A DNA stretch of 63,912 nt, counting the filler, from Octopus bimaculoides (taxonomy: Eukaryota), in NCBI RefSeq assembly GCF_001194135.2. It is 8 parts of 8 records of this genome, joined end to end, with 100 filler letters (N's around TTAATTAATTAA, not from the genome) between each part and the next. Parts side by side here need not be neighbours in the genome. Positions count along the whole stretch, not along the records: positions 30,359 to 56,041 come from NC_069002.1; positions 56,142 to 58,414 come from NC_068989.1; positions 58,515 to 62,719 come from NC_069009.1; positions 62,820 to 63,912 come from NC_069007.1; 4 more parts are not named here. One strand, written 5' to 3'. Below are positions 55,050 through 63,912 of this stretch, piece by piece. Made by a program: the position numbers and the translations under genes. Positions within the stretch are counted from its first letter, which is position 1. Each line of letters starts with the position of its first letter. The notes under the pieces are model-generated. The model saw only the letters and a program-made list of their open reading frames with translations, made no database searches and was not told the DNA's origin.

Positions 55050-55640
55050 GCACATGAGAAGAATTAAGAAGTCAAAAACAGATAGATGACCTTCTTAAGA
55101 CTTAGATGTTTTGCTATCAATGCAGAATTTCAAGCATCACTTATTGGAAAATTTGTACTAGTGCTACTCCGTCTCCAAAAAGGACCGCAAGCGAATGAGC
55201 TTCAAGGTCAACGCTGAGATCATCCAGAAAATAACTGCTGTTCTGATGAAAGCTCTCGCGAATTCAAATGATAAGTTAGTAACAAAATAGTGGCCATTTA
55301 CAACAGAGGATGCTAAATGAATATTAGAACACAACAGAAAGAGCGAAATATAAGACGACAACGAGGAAATTAAGAAATAAAGTTAAGGGAATTGAAACAA
55401 GGAAGGTAAACTGAACAACGTTTGGAGATATTAAGAATAGGCTTTCTAGCAGCAACATGAGAAAAATCATTTCAACTGGTAAAAGATACGCACCAATAGA
55501 AAGAAAGTAACAGCAGAGGTTATCAAATGCAAAAATTGGAAGAAATGGCCGAAGGAAGAGAGATAATGGAAAAGTACACCACCAAATATTATTCAAAACC
55601 AACATCCAGCACAGCAGTGAGGTTGTACATATTGTACAAG
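55050..55640 (+). mobile_element. Highly decayed LINE ORF2 linker region, probably RTE
   Basis: Purine-rich plus strand with traces such as VIKCKN and EGREIMEKYTTKYYSK resembling the RTE region between APE and RT. Confidence 0.3.
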
Positions 55641-56141
55641 AGTCTTCGAATAACAATCACCACTCAATCATGCGAGATGTTAAAGTCACAGAAATGTCTC
55701 TGAAAGGCAGAAAAATCAGTAAAAGTCGACAATCACATGATCTGGCTGTTCAGGTGCCGTGTCAGTCGATTCTCGTCTGCGAACGATAAAACAACGATTA
55801 CTTTTTTACACCGTGCACCTATGTCAGAAGTCCTCTCAATGTAAATAACTTAATGTTCTGAATTCAAACACAACATCCACGTTAAGTAGGACATACAGAC
55901 TACCTTTTGATATTTATACTGTCTCTGTCGATATTAATTATATATAGCGTATATATAATGATGGAGACGAAAATTGATGTTCCATGTGGCAGGCATGATA
56001 GATAGATGGATACATACATACACACATGCATACATACATATNNNNNNNNNNNNNNNNNNNNNNNNNNNNNNNNNNNNNNNNNNNNTTAATTAATTAANNN
56101 NNNNNNNNNNNNNNNNNNNNNNNNNNNNNNNNNNNNNNNNN

Positions 56142-57722
56142 AGGTTTATTTAGCCAGAGGGGAAGCAGATAAGAAAAAATTTGCCAATGTTCTGCGCTGT
56201 GAGGACCAAAGATTTGAGGTATTTCGTGTTGCAAGACAGAGTGTGAGAGAGAATTGTGATGTTGTGGGAGAGAAATGTGTTCGCATGGATGATGGTACGC
56301 TTGCACTAAACGAGGCTGCAAAGAGAGAGGACTGGAGACGCCACTACGAAAGGTTGCTCAATAAAGAGAATGAAAGGGACGACCCAACAGAGGGACCAGC
56401 GATTCGAGTTGACAGTACCATGGTAGATAAAGCTATTAAGAGTATGAAAACAGGGAAAGCCCCCGGCCTTTCAGGAATCACTGCAGAGATGCTCAAAATA
56501 TCTGGCAGTGTCGGCTATAGCCTAGTTACCCGTATTGTTAACCAGGTGATACATGAAGGAGTCATACCCAATGATTGGTGTAGCAGCACCATAGTCAACT
56601 GCTACAAAGGTAAAGGTGACGCTTTAGATACAAATAATTACAGAGGTATCAAGTTGTTAGATCAGGTAATGAAAGTCATGGAGAGGGTCAAAGCCCAACT
56701 AATTACGGAGAGTGTTAGTTTAGACAAGATGCAGTTTGAGTTTGTGCCAAGGAAAAGCACCACTGATGCTATATTTCTGGTAAGACAGCTGCAGGAGAAA
56801 TACCTAGCCAAAGATAAACCTCTGTATCTGGCTTTCGTTGACATGGAGAAATCCCTTATCTGGTGGTCAATGAGGAAGCTAGGGATAGAAGAATGGTTAG
56901 TGAGAGCTGTACGAGCCATGTATAGAGATGCTGTCAGTAAGGTGAGGGTTGGCAACGAGTACAGTGAAGAATTCCGGGTAGAGGTAGGGGTCCACCAAGG
57001 TTCAGTCCTCAGCTCCCCTCCTATTTATCATAGTCCTCCAGGACTTTGAGAGAAAAGTTGAACTTACGAAGCATCAGTTGTGGTGTGCAAGAGAGACGAT
57101 TGCGCTGGTATGGTCATGTAGCGAGAATGGATGAGTATAGCTGTGTGAAAAAGTGCCACATACTAGCAGTTGAGGGAACCTGTTGAAGAGGTAGGCCCAG
57201 GAAGACCTGGTATGAGGTGGTAAGGCAAGACCTTCGAACATTGGGCCTCACCGAGGCGATGACTTCTGACCGAGACTTCTGGAAATATGCTGTGCGTGAG
57301 AAGACCCAGCAAGCCAAGTGAGACCTAAATCTAAGGCCTCTGCCAGGGATGTAGCCAGCCCACTTATGCATACCTTTCCTTCATTGGACACTAAACTCCA
57401 TTTGCGAAGACCTATTGAGGCAAGTGAAATCGAAATCGAACCAAACTCAACGACTGGCACCCATACCAACATCTCCTTCATTGGACATGAAACTCAGCTT
57501 GCGAAGACTTGTTGGGGCAAGCGAAAGCGAAATCGTCATGGCACCTGTGCCCAGCACCGCTTCCTTGGCACTTGTGCCAGATGGCATGTGTAAAGACATT
57601 CGAGCGAGGTCGTTGCCAGTGCCGCTGGACTGGCTCCCGTGCAGGTGGCATGTAAAATACATCATTTTGAGCGTGGCCATCGCCAGTACCACCTGACTGG
57701 CCTTCGTGCCAGTAGCACGTAA
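56142..57722 (+). mobile_element. RTE LINE: RT fragment with internal deletions and repetitive 3' UTR, terminal tail missing
   Basis: MKTGKAPGLSGITAEMLK, IPNDWCSSTIVNCYKGKGDAL..NYRGIKLL, QFEFVPRKSTTDAIF, LAFVDMEK, GVHQGSVLS; GRPRKTWYEVV; same family as 29925 and the tails at 23376 and 59537. Confidence 0.93.
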
Positions 57723-58105
57723 TAGCTACCCTTTTTTATATATATATTCAAGTATTTAATATTAGCATTTCAAAGTTTGTTTCAGCATTTTTTCATTTTC
57801 TGCCGACTGAAACTGCGTCTGCGCAGCAGATTTTGAAAAATTTAGAATGTATATCTTAGAAGACATGTGCTTTCTGCCTTCTGTCTTGTAGATGTACGTT
57901 AATTAATTGACGGCTGGTTACTGAAGAGGATTTGCCTAGTAAATTACTTTATTTACTAAAAAATCTGAAACCTATGGGTCTAACCGTTAAAAATAAGGTA
58001 AAAGTTTTTATGTTTTCTTCCCTTTGAAATGTTTTACTTTTTTGTGGTTTTTGGTTGTTTTTGACTGTCTTCTAGCATGTAGAAATTATCTGTTATAGGT
58101 AATTT
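57723..58105 (+). mobile_element. About 380-bp non-coding hammerhead-bearing element abutting the RTE 3' UTR
   Basis: AT-rich block unrelated to RTE, carries the hammerhead at 57907, ends in (TA)-rich DNA; boundaries inferred. Confidence 0.5.
57907..57990 (+). ncRNA. Type I hammerhead ribozyme, intact with GUC site
   Basis: Stem I ggtta/taacc plus ttgac/gttaa after a 4-nt bulge; CTGAAGA 57921-57927; stem II ggattt/aaatct capped by tagtaaat/atttacta; GAAA 57967-57970; stem III acc-tatg-ggt; predicted cut after C57980. Confidence 0.85.
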
Positions 58106-58162
58106 CTCTTATACTTTACATGGAGTATATACATATATACATATTTATATACATATACATAA

Positions 58163-58199
<37 letters not shown>

Positions 58200-58271
58200 T
58201 ATACGTGCATATACATACATATATATATGCATATATATATACATTTACATACTTATATACATATACATATA

Positions 58272-58327
<56 letters not shown>

Positions 58328-58718
58328 TATGCATATATATATGTATATGCATATATATATATGCATATATATATATATGTATATAAGTATGTATATATAT
58401 ATATATATGTATATNNNNNNNNNNNNNNNNNNNNNNNNNNNNNNNNNNNNNNNNNNNNTTAATTAATTAANNNNNNNNNNNNNNNNNNNNNNNNNNNNNN
58501 NNNNNNNNNNNNNNGTGTGTGTGTGTGCATATACATACATATCTCTCTCTCTACCTATCTATCTATCTATCTATCTAAGTATACATATATATGTATATAT
58601 GTATGTATATATGCACATACATATATACATTCATACACACACATATACATGAGCATATGTGTTTGTAGATATGCATACATTTATACATATATACATATGT
58701 GTGCATATATATACATAT

Positions 58719-58765
<47 letters not shown>

Positions 58766-59109
58766 CACATACACACAAACACACACACACACACGCACAT
58801 ATATATATGTGCACACAAACATAAATTTCAGGTGTGCTAAAGTGACACACTACCTCTTCTCCCCAACCCTTTACCTGGTCTAAGCTTTGTTCTCTGACCT
58901 TCAGCATTTGGTTCCACATGCCCACCTCACCCCACCTCCAGCACACACACACGCATGCACACACACACACCGAGGAACATCCAGCCCAGGTATGCAAGGC
59001 AACCAAGTGCCACCTCCGTCACCACCACCACCGTCGTCGGCTGCATTCTCTGTCCTTTCCGACCTTTGACATTCCAGCCAGGCCAAACACAATAGACAGC
59101 ACGGTCATG

Positions 59110-59117
59110 TATAAAAG
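59110..59117 (+). promoter_or_regulatory. Candidate TATA box
   Basis: TATAAAAG 66 nt upstream of the ATG at 59176. Confidence 0.45.
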
Positions 59118-59175
59118 GGCTCTGCCATCAACCGCTTAAAAACATTTGCAATCTCTGTGCACCTTGCAGTGTACA

Positions 59176-59272
59176 ATGCAGAAAACTGCACGCTTCAACT
59201 GCATCCCATCTGCAGCCATTACCAAACTGGGGCCTCTCAAGCTGTTGGTGCCCTTTCTTGTGGCGACCCTAG
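59176..59272 (+). CDS. First coding exon of an unidentified secreted or membrane protein (signal peptide)
   Basis: MQKTARFNCIPSAAITKLGPLKLLVPFLVATL plus one G, then consensus donor AG|GTAAGT at 59273 (phase 1); splices in frame to 62337. Confidence 0.7.
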
Positions 59273-59334
59273 GTAAGTACCTAGAAGCGCTTGTGAGCGT
59301 TTTACTGTTGTTGTTGTTGTTGCTGTTACTTACA

Positions 59335-59536
59335 TTACTCTTTACTCTTTTACTTGTTTCAGTCATTTGACTGTGGCCATGCTGGAGCACCGCCTTTTTT
59401 AGTCGAGCTAATCGACCCCCAGGACTTANNNNNNNNNNCGCCTTTTTTAGTCGAGCTAATCGACCCCCAGGACTTATTCTTTGTAAGACTAGTACTTATT
59501 CTATCGGTCTCTTTTGCCGAACCGCTAAGTTACGGG
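59335..59536 (-). mobile_element. SINE family A, 3' half (in intron 1)
   Basis: ttgtttcagtcatttgactgtggccatgctggagcacc...gccgaaccgctaagttacgg. Confidence 0.88.
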
Positions 59537-59776
59537 TGGCACTTAAAAAGCACCAACCAATCGTGGCCGCTGCCAGCTTCCTCTGGCCCCTGTACCGGTG
59601 GCACGTAAAAAAAAGCACCCACTACACTCTCAGAGTGGTTGGCGTTAGGAAGGGCATCCAGCTGTAGAAACACTGCAAGCTCAGATTGGAGCCTGGTGCA
59701 GCCTCCTGGCTTCCCAGACCCCAGTCGAACCGTCCAACCCATGCCAGCATGGAAAACAGACGTTAAACGATGATGA

Positions 59777-59780
<4 letters not shown>
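59537..59780 (+). mobile_element. RTE LINE 3' tail with (GAT)n end (in intron 1); a second short tip at 59882-59942
   Basis: ggtggcacgtaaaa-agcacccactacactc...ggcgttaggaagggcatccagctgtagaaa...gttaaacgatgatgat. Confidence 0.88.
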
Positions 59781-59824
<44 letters not shown>

Positions 59825-59908
59825 AATAAAAGATGGAAGATGGAATGTACAAGAATATATTATTAGTCACAACAATTGTTTCAACCCGTACCAGCATGGA
59901 AAACGGAC

Positions 59909-59943
<35 letters not shown>

Positions 59944-60227
59944 GTTTGCAGATGTACTCATATCACATGATTTCGAACCCTGCGATAAACATTTAGTCCT
60001 CATCTGTGAGTATTACTGCCAAGGGCTAAATATACTTGTGTCACTGTGTGTGTATTGACCCTATAAATGTAGCGGCAAATTTGAAATGATTGAAGTGAAT
60101 GAAATTAGGAAAATACACAAGGATATTATTTACCAGCATGTATAAAGGATCTATTGTGGTTCTTGAGTTATTTGGACTCTTATTTCTAGCAATGCTGTAT
60201 ACTACCATGCACTCTCCCTGATTATAA

Positions 60228-60273
<46 letters not shown>

Positions 60274-60309
60274 TGTATGTATCTATCTATTTATTTATTT
60301 ATTTATCTA

Positions 60310-60355
60310 TTTATGGGTTTCAGCCGAGTGACTGTGGTCATGCTGGAGCACCACC
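60310..60355 (-). mobile_element. SINE family A 3' tip
   Basis: gtttcagccgagtgactgtggtcatgctggagcaccacc. Confidence 0.5.
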
Positions 60356-60775
60356 GTGATGTATGTATAACCNNNNNNNNNNNNNNNNNNNNNNNNNNNN
60401 NNNNNNNNNNNNNNNNNNNNNNNNNNNNNNNNNNNNNNNNNNNNNNNNNNNNNNNNNNNNNNNNNNNNNNNNNNNNNNNNNNNNNNNNNNNNNNNNNNNN
60501 NNNNNNNNNNNNNNNNNNNNNNNNNNNNNNNNNNNNNNNNNNNNNNNNNNNNNNNNNNNNNNNNNNNNNNNNNNNNNNNNNNNNNNNNNNNNNNNNNNNN
60601 NNNNNNNNNNNNNNNNNNNNNNNNNNNNNNNNNNNNNNNNNNNNNNNNNNNNNNNNNNNNNNNNNNNNNNNNNNNNNNNNATGAGTAATTTATGATCTCA
60701 TTCACACTTTCAGAACTTGACAGGTAAATCAAAACATTAACACCAAATTCATTTGTTGTATACACACTTATGCAT

Positions 60776-60818
<43 letters not shown>

Positions 60819-60944
60819 CATATATGTACAAGAATTATAATTTAGAAAAAATAATAAGGTACTCAGAGATCTGGATGGTTGTACATTTACACATTTTTAT
60901 TAATATGTCACATGTTTTCATAAATCTGGAGAATCTAACGATTC

Positions 60945-61175
60945 TTATTTCTTTATTGCCCACAAGGGGCTAAACATAGAGGGGACAAACAAGGACAGAC
61001 AAAGGGATTAAGTCGATTACATCGACCTCAGTGCGTAACTGGTACTTAATTTATCGACCCCCAAAAGGATGAAAGGCAAGGTCGACCTCGGCGGAATTTG
61101 AACTCGGAACGTAACGGCAGACGAAATACCGCTAAGCATTTCGCTCGGCTAGCTAACGTTTCTGTCAGCTCGCCA
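60945..61175 (-). mobile_element. SINE family B, full length, tail type 3
   Basis: Colinear with 54268-54498. Confidence 0.92.
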
Positions 61176-61271
61176 CAAGCTTCTTGCCCCACAGCATGCC
61201 TTAGCCATTTTTCAATGCTTTCTAGGGGTAAGCAATAAGGAAATAACAAGAGCTAGCCAAGGACAAAAATC

Positions 61272-62182
61272 GGATCTTTTTTAAAACAGGGGCCCACAGT
61301 ATTTTCTTAACAAAACACTTTGAAACTTGGAACACTGGTAGAATGTGTCATATAAAACATTTTTTCTCTTAGTCTTCTTAAAAAAAATGAAATCCCTAAG
61401 TTATTCCATGTTAAAGTTGTCGTATTTCTGTAATTTCAACCAATCACGGACGTCCATTCAGCCGATATACATTAAGTGCCGACTACATAAACAAACGATT
61501 CTGAAACAATTAACCCTAACCCTAAACCTAGGGTTAGGGTTAGGGTTAAAGCAAATTTAAAATGAAAAAAGCAAATAAAACGAAGGTATGGAGATTAAAT
61601 ACGCTTTACATCACTTAATCAGCAAAGGAGTAAATGTAAACAACTGAATACTTGTCAGTGATTGGTTGAAATTATCGAAATAAGACAATTTTTTACATGA
61701 AATAAATTCGAATACAAAAATATTTTTCTGTTCTANNNNNNNNNNTATTCCATGTTAAAGTTGTCGTATTTCTGTAATTTCAACCAATCACGGACGTCCA
61801 TTCAGCCGATATACATTAAGTGCCGACTACATAAACAAACGATTCTGAAACAATTAACCCTAACCCTAAACCTAGGGTTAGGGTTAGGGTTAAAGCAAAT
61901 TTAAAATGAAAAAAGCAAATAAAACGAAGGTATGGAGATTAAATACGCTTTACATCACTTAATCAGCAAAGGAGTAAATGTAAACAACTGAATACTTGTC
62001 AGTGATTGGTTGAAATTATCGAAATAAGACAATTTTTTACATGAAATAAATTCGAATACAAAAATATTTTTCTGTTCTATAACACAAAATAGATAAGTAT
62101 ACGAAGTTTGAAAGTCTTTCCATACCAAAAACACAACGTAAAACATTAATGAAAAATGTGGCCCCCGTTTTAAAATAGATCT
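61272..62182. mobile_element. MITE with terminal inverted repeats, 8-bp TSD and central telomeric palindrome (true length about 567 bp)
   Basis: TIRs gatctttttt aaaacaggggcccaca / tgtggcccccgttttaaaatagatc; direct repeat caaaaatc at 61264-61271 and 62183-62190; 344 bp of the span is an assembly duplication. Confidence 0.8.
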
Positions 62183-62238
62183 CAAAAATCTTGTTGCAAA
62201 CTGTGACGCTCTCTCTCATGCATCTCTCTCTCACACAG

Positions 62239-62244
62239 CGTTTG
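62239..62244 (+). CDS. Candidate 6-nt microexon (adds Ala-Phe)
   Basis: ctctctctcacacAG|CGTTTG|GTAAGT; frame-preserving between the phase 1 exons. Confidence 0.45.
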
Positions 62245-62336
62245 GTAAGTTCTTCTCCTCACTCTCTCGCTTTCTCTCCTTCTCTCTCACTCTCATTCAT
62301 TCTTTTTCCACTCTCTTTCTCTCACTCTTTCCACAG

Positions 62337-62510
62337 TGTCAGCTCCCGCCAAAGCAGGGATCTTCTCTACAACAGCAGAGAGGCCCAACGAAAATGCCAC
62401 CGAGTACATTACTGTGGACTGTGGACGCACTGTAACTCTAACCTCTGACAGGGCCGAAACCGTCGTCATTTCTTGTGTCAACAAGTCTATGTCGTTTAAG
62501 ATGGACACAC
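62337..62510 (+). CDS. Internal coding exon, phase 1-1, end of signal peptide and start of ectodomain
   Basis: Long polypyrimidine tract and cacAG| acceptor, 174-nt open frame (V)SAPAKAGIFSTTAERPNENATEYITVDCGRTVTLTSDRAETVVISCVNKSMSFKMDT, donor C|GTAAGT at 62511; sequons NAT and NKS. Confidence 0.75.
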
Positions 62511-62684
62511 GTAAGTACTCCTCACTTCTTTTCCATTCTCCCTCCCTCCTCCTGTCTGTCAATCTATATGTTTAGTTATCTATCTAACAATCTTGCACTT
62601 TATCTATCTATGTATCTATCTATCTATCTATCGTTCTATCCATCAGTCTATGAATCGGTCGCTTTATCTCTCTCTCTCTCTCTC

Positions 62685-62719
<35 letters not shown>

Positions 62720-63284
62720 NNNNNNNNNNNNNNNNNNNNNNNNNNNNNNNNNNNNNNNNNNNNTTAATTAATTAANNNNNNNNNNNNNNNNNNNNNNNNN
62801 NNNNNNNNNNNNNNNNNNNTATATATATATATATATATATATATTGCTAAGGCATTCCAATGCTAATAGCTTTCAATGTCTGAAGCGCTGATAAGACTAT
62901 AGGGTTATGCACAAGTACTCAACTACGGGTGCATTGCATCTTATGGCAGAAACAGGTGTAAGCTAATGAATATCATAACATAATTGTATATTCCTTTATC
63001 ATGTCAATCTCATTGTTTTACATATATATATATCACATAACAACATATATATAATATAAGAACATGTGTGAATGTGCCTTCGCATGAGTGCGTGCGTGAA
63101 GGGTTGCGTGAGTGAAGGAGTGAGTGAATGGGTGAGTGAGTGAGTGATTGAGTGAGTGAGTGATTAAGTTACTGAGCGAGAGTGTAATCGTGATTAGAAT
63201 GTCCTTATCTTAAGAATCCATCTAAGAGAGCAAACAATATTATCATTGGTGCAGTTGATTAGGCTTCAAATGGTAGAATTGTTT

Positions 63285-63501
63285 GATATTGGATACAAAT
63301 TTTGGCATAAAACCAGAAATTGTTGAGTACGGACCAAATCGATTACATGGACTCAGCTGTTCAACTAATACTTATTTTATCGACGCGAACGGTTGAAAGG
63401 CAAAGTCGACTTCGGCGGAATTTGAACTCAGGACTTAAAGGCAGACAAAATGCTGTTAAGTATTTTGCCCGATATGCTAACGGTTGTGCCAGCTGACCGC
63501 C
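63285..63501 (-). mobile_element. SINE family B, tail type 2
   Basis: caaattttggcataaaaccag tail as at 29504; gaaaggcaaagtcgacttcggcggaatttgaactc centre and head. Confidence 0.82.
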
Positions 63502-63609
63502 TTACATTTGTTTAATATTAACCGACACCATGCTATAATACGCGACATTGATGGAATTATGTTTGAAAACTTTAATCCTTTTTAATTCATTACGTAATTA
63601 CATATTCAT

Positions 63610-63760
63610 AGTGTTTTACTCTTTTACACAAGAAACAATGTTTCATCATTGGACTGCGGCCATGCTGCGGCACAAATTTGAGGCGTTTACTCGATCCCGT
63701 AGAACCCTGTACTTTTTTTTAAATCGTATATTTATTCTATCACACACGTTGGCTGAACCA
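63610..63760 (-). mobile_element. SINE family A, degenerate 3' part
   Basis: gtttcatcattggactgcggccatgctgcggcac...tatttattctatc. Confidence 0.55.
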
Positions 63761-63873
63761 TGATGTTATATAGACGTAAACAAATCAACAGCGGTTATCA
63801 AGTACTGTGAGGTTAAAAGTAGTGAGACACAAAAAGAGCTCACACACATATACATACACATACAATTTCCTAT

Positions 63874-63912
<39 letters not shown>

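Noticed and set aside
57722-59537. RTE at 56142-57722 and tail at 59537 as one interrupted element
   Set aside because: It would place the promoter and first exon inside the LINE, no TSD supports it, and the 3' UTR units are repetitive so the apparent continuity is uninformative.
61510-61549. Telomere fusion site or interstitial telomere
   Set aside because: Only about three units per side, order is CCCTAA then TTAGGG (opposite to an end-to-end fusion), and it lies inside a TIR element.
61402-62079. Apparent 334-bp tandem duplication; also a 38-bp one at 59391-59476
   Set aside because: Copies look identical and flank 10-N gaps: unmerged contig overlaps.
307-63912. Long ORFs of poly-I, poly-N, HT, YI, CV, LS and X residues
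   Set aside because: Translations of microsatellites and gaps.
1-63912. CRISPR arrays, rRNA genes, prokaryotic operons
   Set aside because: None seen; the window is eukaryotic repeat-rich DNA.

Overview
Gappy (about 7 kb of N), AT-rich, microsatellite-laden animal DNA, most likely octopus (inferred from octopus-type tRNA-derived SINEs, RTE LINE tails ending in (GAT)n and a decayed HTGEKP-type C2H2 zinc-finger array). Most of it is transposon debris: Penelope (RT and GIY-YIG), CR1-like, two RTE lineages, two restriction-like-endonuclease LINEs (Hero-like and R4/Dong-like), a mariner end, a HINE-like element, a MITE and about 16 SINE copies. Two things stand out. (1) Six near-complete type I hammerhead ribozymes (about 18.2, 23.2, 31.0, 39.3, 41.3 and 57.9 kb) plus degenerate relics; most have a self-complementary stem III and an extended stem II, and only two lie next to Penelope coding sequence. 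(2) The 5' end of a plus-strand host gene that no single ORF in the track shows: TATA box at 59110, a signal-peptide exon (59176-59272), a candidate 6-nt microexon (62239-62244) and a phase 1-1 exon (62337-62510). All structures and translations were worked out by eye, no searches were run, and repeat boundaries are approximate.
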